Assembly: GCA_007695035.1 (NCBI GenBank)
Contig: REEO01000025.1
Location: 329-64,328, forward strand
DNA from: Saprospirales bacterium
GTDB taxonomy: Bacteria > Bacteroidota > Bacteroidia > Chitinophagales > Saprospiraceae
Length of the DNA: 64,000 bases
Direction of reading: 5' to 3'
Positions 28,375 through 38,803 of this stretch are shown here, in pieces. Below the pieces are notes generated by a model. That model worked only from the letters and a program-made list of their open reading frames with translations, was not told where the DNA came from and did no database searches. Positions within the stretch are counted from its first letter, which is position 1, and each line of letters begins with the position of its first letter. A program made the position numbers and the translations under genes.

Positions 28375-30456
28375 ATGAAGAATATAATTATAATATTTGC
28401 GGCGGTATTTGCTTTTGGCGGTACTCTTGCAGCACAAATTGACCGGTCTGTCCAGCCCGAGCCCGGACCGGCTCCAACCATACAAATTGGCGAGTATGAT
28501 GCCTTTACAATGGATAATGGCCTAAGGGTTATTGTGGTGGAAAATGAACGAAGCCCTCGTATCAGTTTCAATCTAACCCTGAATATTGATCCTGTGATGG
28601 AGGGTGATGCTGCCGGCTATGTCTCTATGTTTGGATCACAATTGAGATCGGGTACAACAAACAGGGATAAAGCAACTCTGGACAATGAAATTGATTTTAT
28701 AGGTGCAAGTCTTTCCGCATCCTCAAGAGGGGTATTCGGTAGTGCACTTGCCAGGCATTCAGAGACTTTGATGGAATTGATGGCAGATGTTTTGCAGAAT
28801 CCCACTTTTCCACAGGAAGAGCTGGACAGAGCAATAACCCAGTCTAAATCAGGATTGTCCACTGTTCCTACCGATGCACAAGCCATCGTTAGCAACCTCT
28901 CATCGGCCATTCTCTTTCCCAACCACCCCTACGGAGAAGTAATGACAGAGGAAACCATTGAAAACATTACCAGAGACCATATCGTGGATTATTACAATAC
29001 CTACTTCAAGCCCAATGTTGGCTTCCTGGTAATTGTAGGAAATATCAATGTGGAGGAGGCCAAAGAACTCACCCAGCGCTTTCTCGGTGATTGGGTGGGT
29101 GGTGAGGTCCCATCGCATAAGTACGAGACTCCCCAACCTCCGGATGGGCTGAGAGTTTCTTTTGCCAATCGACCTGGAGCGGTGCAGTCAGTTTTCAGAG
29201 TTGCATATCCCGTAGAACTCACCCCCGGTCATCCCGATGCCATTAAGGCAAGCGTGATGAACAGTATTCTCGGTGGAGGCGTGTTCTCCGGCAGACTAAT
29301 GCAAAATCTGCGTGAGGACAAGGGATATACTTATGGAGCCAGATCTCGCCTCAGTACGGATCGATTGGTTGGTACTTTTTCGGCCGGAGCAGAAGTAGGA
29401 AATAATGTTACCGATAGTGCCATAGTAGAAGTACTCTACGAAATGGAGCGAATGGTCAATGAACCGGTGGATGAGAGAAGCCTCGAGCTCATAAAAAACT
29501 TTATGAACGGAAGCTTTGCCCGTTCTCTTGAAAGTCCGCAAACGGTTGCTCGATTTGCACTCAATATAGAGCGTTTTAACCTGCCTGAGGACTACTATGC
29601 TACCTACCTTGAGAGATTGATGGCCGTAACTGCTGATGACGTTCAGGAGATGGCCAGGAAATATATCAAACCCGGGAATGCCCACATTCTGGTGGCTGGT
29701 AATGAAGATGAAATCCCTGAAAGACTGTTGAGGTTTGCCTACGATGGAAAGGTCCACTTTTACGATGCCTTTGCCCGGCCCGTCGAAAAAAGCGATGTGG
29801 AACTGGATGAGAGCGTAACTGCAGAATGGGTCATCTCTCAATACATAAATGCAATCGGTGGAAAAGATGCCATCAATGCCATTGAGGATGTTACCATGGT
29901 TAGAACTGCTGAAATGATGGGTTCCACAATTAAAGAAACCACCAGGAAAATGGCCCCTTATAAAATGGTCATGGAATTGGAGATGGGTGGTAACCTTATG
30001 CAAAAAGAAGTCTTTGACGGAGAAGCAGGCTATACCTCTGCCATGGGTCAAAAAATGCCCACCGCTGATAGCGATATCGAAGGACAGCGCCAGCGAGCCA
30101 AAATTGTAAGGGAACTCTCGTATCTGGATGGCGATGCACAAATGGAATTGAGAGGTGTGGAGCGGATAGAAGGAAATGATGTGTACCGGATTAGAGTAAC
30201 CAACGACGATGGGACGATCGTGGATGAATACTACGATATGGAGACCTTCCTTAAGGTGAGAGAATCGGTTACCCTGGAGCAAATGGGGCAAACCCAGACC
30301 ATCACCACTGATTTTCACGATTATAAAGAAGTCTCCGGTGTGTATTTCCCTTACAAGGTTTCAGTGTCCGGAGTGGGACCGATGCCTATTGAAATGGAAA
30401 CTGAGAAATTGGAAGTCAATACCGGTCTTGATCCGGAATTGTTTTCTGTAGAATAA
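28375..30456 (+). CDS. M16-family peptidase-like protein lacking HxxEH, with a C-terminal ~230-aa extra domain
   Basis: It has a signal peptide and M16 fold motifs but no HxxEH. This is the typical non-catalytic partner of the upstream gene. Confidence 0.82.
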   Translation: MKNIIIIFAAVFAFGGTLAAQIDRSVQPEPGPAPTIQIGEYDAFTMDNGLRVIVVENERSPRISFNLTLNIDPVMEGDAAGYVSMFGSQLRSGTTNRDKATLDNEIDFIGASLSASSRGVFGSALARHSETLMELMADVLQNPTFPQEELDRAITQSKSGLSTVPTDAQAIVSNLSSAILFPNHPYGEVMTEETIENITRDHIVDYYNTYFKPNVGFLVIVGNINVEEAKELTQRFLGDWVGGEVPSHKYETPQPPDGLRVSFANRPGAVQSVFRVAYPVELTPGHPDAIKASVMNSILGGGVFSGRLMQNLREDKGYTYGARSRLSTDRLVGTFSAGAEVGNNVTDSAIVEVLYEMERMVNEPVDERSLELIKNFMNGSFARSLESPQTVARFALNIERFNLPEDYYATYLERLMAVTADDVQEMARKYIKPGNAHILVAGNEDEIPERLLRFAYDGKVHFYDAFARPVEKSDVELDESVTAEWVISQYINAIGGKDAINAIEDVTMVRTAEMMGSTIKETTRKMAPYKMVMELEMGGNLMQKEVFDGEAGYTSAMGQKMPTADSDIEGQRQRAKIVRELSYLDGDAQMELRGVERIEGNDVYRIRVTNDDGTIVDEYYDMETFLKVRESVTLEQMGQTQTITTDFHDYKEVSGVYFPYKVSVSGVGPMPIEMETEKLEVNTGLDPELFSVE

Positions 30457-30556
30457 TACGTCATAACTAATATTGCCGGTGGAGCAATGGGTTACTATCC
30501 TTATCAAAATCAGGATAACCGGTTGCTCCACTTTTAATTTCTAATACTCCTTAATT

Positions 30557-31114
30557 ATGTTAATAGCTCTTTTGGTAATTGGTGGAATTGGTTTGCTTCT
30601 CATTATTATGGGGATCAATTACTACAATAGATTTATCCGCTTGAAAAACAAAGTGGAGGATAGTTGGAGTGGAATTGATGTCCAACTCAAGCGCCGGTAC
30701 GATCTCATTCCAAACCTCCTGGAAACTGTTAAGGGTTATGCCAAACACGAGAAAGAGATTTTTGATAATGTGGCCGATGCCCGCGCCAGAGCATTAAATG
30801 CCGGAGGAAAGGGAGAGAAAATCGCCGCGGAAAATCAATTGACCGGGGCGCTGAGGTCCGTTTTTGCCCTGGCGGAAAATTATCCCGACCTCAAGGCCAA
30901 TTCCAACTTTTTGAAATTTCAACAACAGTTGACCGGAATTGAAGATGAAATTCAGATGTCTCGCCGATACTACAATGCCACGGTTAGGGAATTCAATACC
31001 GGAATTGCCGTTTTCCCGGCCAATATTATCGCTGGAGCATTCAACTTCACTCCCTATCAGTTCTTTGAACTGGACGACCACTCTCAACGTGAGGCACCCA
31101 GTGTAAAATTTTAA
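30557..31114 (+). CDS. lemA: LemA family protein
   Basis: 185 aa with an N-terminal TM helix and LemA motifs (QLKRRYDLIPNL, ENYPDLKAN, RRYYNA). Confidence 0.9.
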   Translation: MLIALLVIGGIGLLLIIMGINYYNRFIRLKNKVEDSWSGIDVQLKRRYDLIPNLLETVKGYAKHEKEIFDNVADARARALNAGGKGEKIAAENQLTGALRSVFALAENYPDLKANSNFLKFQQQLTGIEDEIQMSRRYYNATVREFNTGIAVFPANIIAGAFNFTPYQFFELDDHSQREAPSVKF

Positions 31115-31123
31115 ACTATTACC

Positions 31124-34100
31124 ATGCATCGTAAATTAGGACTTCTTGTTGTTGTTGTAATCCTGCTCTTTGGGAATCTTGAACTCAAGGCAGAGGCATT
31201 TTACATCCGGAATTACGATGTACAAATTGAATTGAACAGGGACGGTTCATTCAATGTGGTGGAAACCATCGACCTCACTTTTACTGAGTCCCGTCGCGGT
31301 ATTCTTAGAGATATTCCGGTTCGTTATCGGGAAGAGGGTGGCAGAGGAGAAGACAGAGCGATCAGACCCATAGGTCCCGAACTCTATGAGATTGTGGTCG
31401 AAGACATCCGTGTGGATGAGCATCCCTTCACCTATTTTATGGAGGGTGATCATATGCGAATCAGAATTGGCGATCCTGATAAGCGACTCACAGGAGATCA
31501 GCGCTACACCATTTCCTACACGGTTTGGGGTGCGCTTAACGAATTCAGGGATCACGTGGAGTTCAGTTGGAATATCATTGGACATCACTGGAACACTGAC
31601 ATTCATAATGCCAGCTTTTCAATAGAGGCTGAGGAAGGGCTATCTTTTAATCAGAGAGATGTAGTTTACGCTACAGGAAGAATAGGTGCGAGGCAACGAG
31701 ATATGAATGTGAATGTGGAGCAGAACCGGATTTCCGGGGAGTTGACTCAACCGTTGGGTCGCTTTGAAGGCATCTCGCTGGCGACGCGCCACCCAAAAAA
31801 TCAATTTACTTCCATTCATACGCCCATAGATAAATTTGCCGATTACTTTATAGTGAGAGAGCACCGGTACTTTGCAGATATTGGCATCGGGGGCTTTTTT
31901 GAAGTTCGCGAATCTATGACCGTTGAATTTCTCGAGGGCCGAAGTTCGTTTTCCCGGATTGCTGGCAGAGCGTTTTCATCTCCACTGACCGGACTTACCA
32001 TTTTTCCCCTTCCACAAAATCTGAGAGTCGAAAGCAGCGATGAGCTGCTCGACTACGAATTGAGAAGGAGGGGAAACGAGACCTATATCCAGTTTTTCAG
32101 AACAGACCAATCCGATTTTTCTGACGAAGTGTCGGTTTCTTTAACCTACGACCTTTGGGGTGGTACGACAACGGACAATAATACAGATAAGGTGAGATTG
32201 ACGCCCTCGGGATTTTACCCCCGGGAACCCGTTGAAAATATCCTGGTGGAGTTGAATGCGCCCTTTACCGGTCGGGTGGCATCTACTTCAGGGAGGGTTT
32301 CCCTTCCCGATTTGTTTCAAAGAGCAGACGGTAGGCCGCTAATTGCAAATGCCTCCTATCCCTCATACCGCCTGGACTACCTGGCCATGGAAACCGGTTT
32401 GGAAAAAGGGTTTTACGACAAAGCACTGCAGCCACCTGGGCTTTTTGGTAAAGATTTTTTGGTAGACCGGATGCATATCCGCGCCGAAATGGATAATAGA
32501 CAGGGCGTGGAGCTCAATTATCAGTGGGCCGTAGAGCATCCCTTCCCCGGTACCGCATCCACATTTGAACCTCTGTTCCTGAATCGATACAGTTATAATC
32601 CGCAAGAATTCAACGGTCACCTGGGCATTCCATCATGGAATCTCATGGATGGTCGAATTGCACCAATGACAGAATTTTCCACCGGGAAGGGAGACTGGCA
32701 AAATAGAGTGTGGGGTAGTAGGCGAATACTCACAGCTCCGGAAGGTGTGCGGGCTGAGATGAACTGGAATCTGTCGGCCACTGTTTTTTACCGAGGTCTT
32801 TTCAGAAGTGAAAATGGCAGGTCGGTTGTGGAGGTGCCACTCGTCAGTAAAACCACCGAGCCGATTAGAAATATTGAGATTGAATTAATTCCACCGGATG
32901 GCTTTGACCACCTGGATATTTCAGCGGAGCTATTGATTGACCAAAATCAAAGCCTGTCACTCAATCTCAGGGAAGGAGTGCTCATAAGCGACCAGCCCAA
33001 TTTGGTAATTCCACCCGGGAGTTCAATGACATTGAAGGTTAGTGGGCAAGAGGGCTTTGCGGGTGATTTGCCCATAGGTTCTGCTCTCTACCTTATCTTC
33101 AGGAATAATTTCCCCATCTGGTGGCTTTTGTTGCTGGTGCTTGTCTTGTACTTGCTCTGGGACCGTTTTGGAAGAAACCGCAAAGAGGCCGTAGTAGTAG
33201 AGTTTTACCCACCTCAAAAAATCACTTCAGCAGAAGCGGGTCTTTTGTGGGATGACAAATTGCATAAAAAAGATCTGGTTTCTCTGATCTACTACTGGGC
33301 CGGAAAGGGTTATCTTGAGGTGGAAGAGATGCAGGAAAATAATAAGCTGAGTTATAAACTCCGGAAGAAAAAAGATCTTCCTCCAAGCGCGCGAGGTTTT
33401 GAAAGAACATTCTTTAATGGGATATTTTTCAAAGATGAGGTAAAACTCAGTGAGTTGAGGTCCCGTTTTTCCCGCACCATGTTGAGGGCATATAAAGAGC
33501 TGATGAATTACAGCAAGCAGCACGATTTTTATGTGCCCGGTTCAAGAGGCTTTGGTTGTGGATTGATTGGTCTCGGGATACTGTCCATGGTGGCTGGAAT
33601 TGCCGGCTTGGTGTTTGCCTTTTTTACGGGACATTGGTCCTGGGGTGTATCCCCGCTTTTGGCAGGTTTTGCACTGGTCTTTTTTGGTCGGATTATGCCG
33701 AAGAAAGGTCCTTTTGGCATGAAAAAATACCAAAAGCTGCTCGGTTTCCGGGAGTTTGTGCGCACGGCTGAAATTGACAGAATCAAGGCATTGTATCGCG
33801 AAAACCCCGGCTATTTTGACTCAACCATTGCCTACGCCATCGTATTTGGTCTCGGTAAGCAGTGGGCTGAGAAATTTGAGGGAATAATGACCGAGCCGCC
33901 GGACTGGTACAAGAGCAGGGACCGCAGATCTACTTTCAGTACCATCGTATTTACTGACGCCCTGGTCCGTAGTATGCACCGTATGAATTACGACCTCAGT
34001 ATGCCACCTCCATCAAGCAGTGGCAGTGGTTCTTCTTCCTGGTCGGGCGGAGGCGGCAGTGGCTTTGGAGGTGGTGGATTCTCCTCAGGTGGCGGCTTCG

Positions 34101-34126
34101 GAGGCGGAGGCGGTAGCAGTTGGTAA
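31124..34126 (+). CDS. DUF2207 domain membrane protein (unusually long, Gly/Ser-rich tail)
   Basis: 1000 aa. The N-terminal DUF2207 signature is Y.V.I.L..DGSF.V.E.I...F....RGI.RDIP. TM helices sit near aa 660 and aa 810-860. The C-terminal tail is SSSGSGSSSWSGGGGSGFGGGGFSSGGGFGGGGGSSW. Confidence 0.8.
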   Translation: MHRKLGLLVVVVILLFGNLELKAEAFYIRNYDVQIELNRDGSFNVVETIDLTFTESRRGILRDIPVRYREEGGRGEDRAIRPIGPELYEIVVEDIRVDEHPFTYFMEGDHMRIRIGDPDKRLTGDQRYTISYTVWGALNEFRDHVEFSWNIIGHHWNTDIHNASFSIEAEEGLSFNQRDVVYATGRIGARQRDMNVNVEQNRISGELTQPLGRFEGISLATRHPKNQFTSIHTPIDKFADYFIVREHRYFADIGIGGFFEVRESMTVEFLEGRSSFSRIAGRAFSSPLTGLTIFPLPQNLRVESSDELLDYELRRRGNETYIQFFRTDQSDFSDEVSVSLTYDLWGGTTTDNNTDKVRLTPSGFYPREPVENILVELNAPFTGRVASTSGRVSLPDLFQRADGRPLIANASYPSYRLDYLAMETGLEKGFYDKALQPPGLFGKDFLVDRMHIRAEMDNRQGVELNYQWAVEHPFPGTASTFEPLFLNRYSYNPQEFNGHLGIPSWNLMDGRIAPMTEFSTGKGDWQNRVWGSRRILTAPEGVRAEMNWNLSATVFYRGLFRSENGRSVVEVPLVSKTTEPIRNIEIELIPPDGFDHLDISAELLIDQNQSLSLNLREGVLISDQPNLVIPPGSSMTLKVSGQEGFAGDLPIGSALYLIFRNNFPIWWLLLLVLVLYLLWDRFGRNRKEAVVVEFYPPQKITSAEAGLLWDDKLHKKDLVSLIYYWAGKGYLEVEEMQENNKLSYKLRKKKDLPPSARGFERTFFNGIFFKDEVKLSELRSRFSRTMLRAYKELMNYSKQHDFYVPGSRGFGCGLIGLGILSMVAGIAGLVFAFFTGHWSWGVSPLLAGFALVFFGRIMPKKGPFGMKKYQKLLGFREFVRTAEIDRIKALYRENPGYFDSTIAYAIVFGLGKQWAEKFEGIMTEPPDWYKSRDRRSTFSTIVFTDALVRSMHRMNYDLSMPPPSSSGSGSSSWSGGGGSGFGGGGFSSGGGFGGGGGSSW

Positions 34127-34548
34127 TTGATTTGTGCCTACTGAATTATCTCCGGAAAATCAGCATGTCTCGCATCCCTGTAAACCGCGATTTGGACAAT
34201 GGGGAATTTCTCCTCAATTTCGAATAAGGAATTGGGGTGTTTTTGGCGAGAATTCTAATTTCTCGTAATGGATGAGGAATCCAGTGGTAATTCTTTGGCT
34301 GGGATTTTGGTTTCACCCCCTCCCCAAAGTATAGGGGACAAGAAAGCGTCGCCTGCCCCAAAGCTTTGGGGGGTAAACGAGGCAAAGGCCGCAAAGGGTT
34401 CAATTTTTGTTAGGGGCGTTTTATCAAAATATCCTCCAAAATCAACAATCCCTTCGAATAGATACACTGCCGGCCACATCGAGGTGACGTTTAAAAAACT
34501 ACAACTCACAGACTCACCAATTTACAATTGGGAAAAGTCATCAACCAT

Positions 34549-35265
34549 TCACGGCCAGGCCATGAAATAAAAGTCCAGCCGCTGGTAAAAGTGTTTTTTA
34601 AATGTTTGTTCATTCATAGGTTGGCGGCCTTTAAGGTAATCCCTCATCAGTCCTATTTTCATATTGAGCTCTCCGTGCAGCAGTTTGTACATCATGGTGG
34701 GAGTGACTCCGTAAATATCCGCAGCGCCCAGACCGAATTCAAAAACGATCACCGGTCGGTATTTTTCTATGGTTTTACGTGCTCCAGTCAGAACCCTGTA
34801 CTCTGCGCCCTCCACATCCATTTTGATGAAATCCACGGGGTGATCCTCAGGTAAAATCCTGTCCAGGGTATCAGTTTGCACCTTGATGGGTTCCACCTTT
34901 TCCGATGACCGATCGTACTTGCGGCGCAAAATCCCACTGTAGGCCGGGTTGCTCTTCACGTATTGAAAGGTTGTTTCTCCCGATGTATCCGAAAGACAGA
35001 TGTCAGTTACTGTGGCGGATTGACCGTATTTCTGCTTCAAATCATCAAACAGAGCAGGTAAGGGCTCGAAGGCAAAATGCTTTCCATCCGGGCAGGTTTT
35101 CAACACACTGTCCAAAAATTCCCCCTTGTGACATCCCACATCAATGCAGTTGGAGTCCGCCCTGGTGGATTTTTGCAAGACCTTCACCGTCTGTCGGTCA
35201 TAAGTGATGTTTTTGTTGATATTCAGCGGCACCTTCATCAGTGCCTGCCTGATTATTGACTTCAT
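34549..35265 (-). CDS. FkbM-family methyltransferase
   Basis: It has CIDVGCHKGEF and FIKMDVEGAEYRVL motifs. I preferred the ATG at 35265 over the GTG at 35367. Confidence 0.8.
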   Translation of the reverse strand: MKSIIRQALMKVPLNINKNITYDRQTVKVLQKSTRADSNCIDVGCHKGEFLDSVLKTCPDGKHFAFEPLPALFDDLKQKYGQSATVTDICLSDTSGETTFQYVKSNPAYSGILRRKYDRSSEKVEPIKVQTDTLDRILPEDHPVDFIKMDVEGAEYRVLTGARKTIEKYRPVIVFEFGLGAADIYGVTPTMMYKLLHGELNMKIGLMRDYLKGRQPMNEQTFKKHFYQRLDFYFMAWP

Positions 35266-35543
35266 AAATCTCCCTGTTTCTGATTGTGTAAAGATATGAA
35301 AAGCTGTCAATAGCTCCCGCTGTGAGAGGGATTTTAGAGTGAGACTAGTGTCTCTAAGAAAAAGCACTGGAAATTATGAAAGAATTTAAGTTTTCCCCAT
35401 CAGATATATAAAAAAATGTTAAATTTGAGGCAAAAGTAGTGGTTTGTGGATGGCCTTTAACTGGTGTGAATGGCTGAGAGGTTTTCCGGAAAATAGATTT
35501 AATTAAATAATTCATAGTTTTTTACTCATTAAACATTTTTATT

Positions 35544-35792
35544 ATGGAAAATCCAATGACCAACCCGGAAGTGGTGAGTACCAAAGAGTGGTTAATTACC
35601 ATTCTGCTCATGATTATCCCCATTGTCAACATCGTGCTCTTATTTTTGTGGGCGCTGGGAGGAAACGCCAACCCCAATAAGGCCAATTGGGCCAAAGCCA
35701 CGCTGATTTGGTTTGCTATCACGATTGTCCTTTACGTGATTTTAGGGGTTACAGTTGGTGCTGCATTCTTTATGTTTGACGGAGGCATGTAA
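35544..35792 (+). CDS. small membrane protein (2 TM)
   Basis: 82 aa with two clear hydrophobic helices. Confidence 0.5.
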   Translation: MENPMTNPEVVSTKEWLITILLMIIPIVNIVLLFLWALGGNANPNKANWAKATLIWFAITIVLYVILGVTVGAAFFMFDGGM

Positions 35793-36070
35793 ACTCTATC
35801 CGTATTCTTGTTTAAAGATTTTTTTCGAAAATCTTGATTATATTCTGTCGCTTGAATGTGGTGGGCCAGGGGTTATTTGGTGTGTGGCAATTGGAATGTA
35901 TATACCACAAATTCATTACAACTTTTATAAACCTTTCGCAGAAGTCCTGGACTGTTAGGTTTTCCTGACCAAAACCATATGGAGTTGGAAGTTCAGCGCC
36001 AATTCAGGTAAAAAGGTGAATTAAGATGGAAAAAATTATAAGTTCATTTTGTTCCGAACTAAAGATGCTT

Positions 36071-36078
36071 TAAATTTG
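36071..36078 (+). promoter_or_regulatory. candidate -7 box (TAAATTTG) of the regulator/ABC operon
   Basis: Exact TAnnTTTG match 22 nt upstream of ATG 36100. Confidence 0.45.
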
Positions 36079-36079
36079 C

Positions 36080-36093
36080 CTCTCAATTGAGAG
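36080..36093. promoter_or_regulatory. perfect 14-bp palindrome CTCTCAATTGAGAG, probable operator
   Basis: It lies between the -7 box and the start codon of the winged-helix regulator gene. Confidence 0.5.
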
Positions 36094-36099
36094 TGACTT

Positions 36100-36585
36100 A
36101 TGGAAGAGAAGCGAATGACTTACATTCAGGAGGTAGGGTTGTTTTTTGATCGCCTTGGACTTACCCGCACTGCTGGCATGGTGCTTGGGTATTTGATGTC
36201 GGATAACCGTCAAGCAGTGAGTTTTCAAGAGATTAGAAGTGCTTTAGAGATCAGCAAAGGTGCCACCAGTCAGAATTTGAATTGGTTGATGGAGTTGCAA
36301 ATGGTTGAAAAGAGACTTAAGCGCGGGGACCGGAAGACCTACTACGCCTTTAAAATTCAGCCCATCGAGAATTTACTGGATGAGCGTATCAATTTGATTG
36401 GAGTCCTTTTGGACCTTTTTGAAAAAGCCCGTGGAATAAGGGGAAAACGCGAGGACAGTTCGGATGAAAACCTTCGCGATGCGATTCGCACTTACGGTTG
36501 GATTTCTGAAAGGCTTCAGGACCTGCGGGATGAAGCGATGGCCCAAAGAGAAAAGTCTGGAGAGAATAATGAATCTAAGGATTGA
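36100..36585 (+). CDS. GbsR/MarR-family winged-helix transcriptional regulator
   Basis: 161 aa. The segment GLTRTAGMVLGYLM...SFQEIRSALEISKGATSQNLNWLMELQMVEK is a typical wHTH. Confidence 0.75.
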   Translation: MEEKRMTYIQEVGLFFDRLGLTRTAGMVLGYLMSDNRQAVSFQEIRSALEISKGATSQNLNWLMELQMVEKRLKRGDRKTYYAFKIQPIENLLDERINLIGVLLDLFEKARGIRGKREDSSDENLRDAIRTYGWISERLQDLRDEAMAQREKSGENNESKD

Positions 36586-36668
36586 TTTAGGCTGTACTCC
36601 TTTTAGAGTATTGAGAGGCGGATATAGAAAGTAAGTTCTGCCCCTTTAACCTGAAAAATTATTGGACT

Positions 36669-37415
36669 ATGAAGAAATTAATTTTCCTATCCATTTTTTG
36701 TTTGGGCATTCTGCCTGTGGTGGAATCCCAGGATTCGAGACAGATTCTCGAACGCATGGAAGATGTGATGCGAGGGGATAATCTCTATGCCGAGATGACC
36801 ATGACCATTGAACGCCCGAGGTACGAGCGCGAAATTTCCATAAGCTCATGGCACATTGGGAATGACTATTCTATGATTTTAGTTACGGCTCCTGCACGAG
36901 ATCGCGGCACATCATTTCTTATGCGCGAAAACAATATTTGGACCTACGATCCGCGAATAGATCGTGTAACCAGGCTTCCATCCTCAATGATGTCACAGTC
37001 CTGGATGGGTTCTGATTTTACCAACGATGACCTGGTGAGGGACTCGGATGTGATTGAAGATTACGAGCACCGGGTGGTTCGGACCGAAGTTTACGAGGGT
37101 TTAGATTGCTACGTGCTTGAATTAATTCCCAGGCCGGAAACCCCGATAGTTTGGGGGAAGGTGAAGATGTGGGTCGTCAAAGACAGTTATATCCAATTGC
37201 GGATGGAACAGTACGATCAGGAGGGCGAATTGGTAAATGAGATCAGACTAAGTGAAATCAAAACATTTGGGGACAGGGAGGTGCCTTCTAAAATGGTGGT
37301 AATACCGGTGGATAAAAAGGGCCACAAAACCATTTTGGAATACCGATTAATGGATTTTGATGCCGAAATAGAGGTGGATTTTTTTGACAGGCGAAATATG
37401 CAGCGTTTGCAGTGA
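36669..37415 (+). CDS. outer-membrane lipoprotein-sorting (LolA-like) family protein
   Basis: It has a signal peptide and the SSMMSQSWMGSDFTNDDL motif characteristic of the LolA_like family. Confidence 0.75.
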   Translation: MKKLIFLSIFCLGILPVVESQDSRQILERMEDVMRGDNLYAEMTMTIERPRYEREISISSWHIGNDYSMILVTAPARDRGTSFLMRENNIWTYDPRIDRVTRLPSSMMSQSWMGSDFTNDDLVRDSDVIEDYEHRVVRTEVYEGLDCYVLELIPRPETPIVWGKVKMWVVKDSYIQLRMEQYDQEGELVNEIRLSEIKTFGDREVPSKMVVIPVDKKGHKTILEYRLMDFDAEIEVDFFDRRNMQRLQ

Positions 37416-37461
37416 TTTTGTCTCCGAAGCATATTGTAGAAATAAACAATAGGATTTTCAG

Positions 37462-38688
37462 ATGAAAACTTTATTTAAGCTCGCCTGGAGGAGCCTTTGG
37501 AGGAACAAAAGAAGAACCCTGATCACCATTTCTGCCCTGATATTTGCTGTGGTCGCCTCTGTTTTTATGCAATCAATCAACCGGGGGTCCCATGAAATGA
37601 TCGTGGATAACATGACCCGATTTCAGACAGGTTATCTGCAGATTCAGGATTATCGTTTTGAGAATGAGCCCTCATTGGACAATTCCTTTTATTTCGACCC
37701 GGAGCTCGAAGAGAAGCTGATCCAGCAGGATGATCGAATAACCTTCGTTTTGCCGAGAATTGAAACTTTCATGTTGGCTGCCGATGAGCAGACCACCAGG
37801 GGAGGTGTAGTTTTTGGGGTAGAATTAGAAAGGGAACACCAATTCAATGGGCTTAAGGACCGGCTTGTGGACGGTCGGTTTTTTGATGATAGTGAGCGCG
37901 GGGTCGTGTTGAGCCAGGGCTTTTCCGATCGCCTGGGATTGAATGTGAGCGATACCATTGCATTAATAGGACAGGGGAGATTCGGTATGTCTGCCAGTGG
38001 TCTTTTTGAAGTAGTAGGAATTATGGAGCATCCATTGCCCGATATGAACTCCAGAACCATTTACATGCCCCTGGAAACTGCCAGGGAGTTGCTTTCGGCC
38101 GATGGAAAAGTAACCTCGCTTTTGATCGGGATGGATAGCGACCGACACACAGATGCAGTTGCGGCTAATATTGGTGATTTTTTGGAGGGCAGTGAACTTC
38201 GGGTGTTGACCTGGACCGAATTGATTCCAGAGTTGCTCGAATTGCTGGAATTTGATTTGGTTGGAGCGTATCTGATGTCCTATATTCTTTACATAGTAAT
38301 TGCATTTGGATTTTTCGGTACCATTCTCACCATGACCCTGGAGCGAATTAAGGAATTTGGAATTTTGATATCTGTTGGAATGGCGCGATTAAAGCTCGCT
38401 TTTACCCTTTTTCTCGAGGTGTTTATCATTGGGTTGCTGGGGGTGATTGCAGGCGTTGGGTTTGCCTGGTTATTGCTCTACTATTTTTACCTTAATCCGA
38501 TTGAGCTGACCGGTGAATTGGCTGAAACTGTAATTGAAATGGGCTGGGCGCCTGTATTGCCTATGTCCTTCGCCCCGGACCAGTTTTACAGTCAGGCTAT
38601 AATCGTATTTTTAATAGCAATCTTTATTGCCATCTATCCCATGTACCGGGTTATTCGACTCGATGTCATCAGTGCCTCTCGCACCTGA
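37462..38688 (+). CDS. ABC transporter permease, FtsX/LolCE-like
   Basis: 408 aa. The N-terminus LAWRSLWRNKRRT is followed by a large periplasmic loop and a C-terminal FtsX 3-TM bundle. Confidence 0.85.
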   Translation: MKTLFKLAWRSLWRNKRRTLITISALIFAVVASVFMQSINRGSHEMIVDNMTRFQTGYLQIQDYRFENEPSLDNSFYFDPELEEKLIQQDDRITFVLPRIETFMLAADEQTTRGGVVFGVELEREHQFNGLKDRLVDGRFFDDSERGVVLSQGFSDRLGLNVSDTIALIGQGRFGMSASGLFEVVGIMEHPLPDMNSRTIYMPLETARELLSADGKVTSLLIGMDSDRHTDAVAANIGDFLEGSELRVLTWTELIPELLELLEFDLVGAYLMSYILYIVIAFGFFGTILTMTLERIKEFGILISVGMARLKLAFTLFLEVFIIGLLGVIAGVGFAWLLLYYFYLNPIELTGELAETVIEMGWAPVLPMSFAPDQFYSQAIIVFLIAIFIAIYPMYRVIRLDVISASRT

Positions 38689-38803
38689 CCGATTAATGGA
38701 ATTTTAAGTGGGTTGAGGATTGAAGGGTTTGCCAAAAAAAGTAAAGGAAGGAGTGAATTGGTTTTGTCGATTGGCTCCGATCTATGATTGAAAATTTTTG
38801 CCA

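Noticed and set aside
29296-30318. 340-aa minus-strand ORF inside the second M16 gene. Similar long antisense ORFs occur at 10429-11322 (nrdJ), 49193-49900 (ALDH), 55878-56591 (deiminase), 14738-15391 (mnmA) and 24864-25394 (ftsE).
   Set aside because: Each lies fully inside a strongly supported gene on the other strand and shows no recognisable protein features. I treated them as codon-bias shadows.
34146-34570. Three mutually overlapping 84-100-aa ORFs in the DUF2207/FkbM intergenic region.
   Set aside because: They overlap each other on both strands and are low-complexity (P/G/S/K-rich) without motifs. The region is better explained by the palindromic hairpins.
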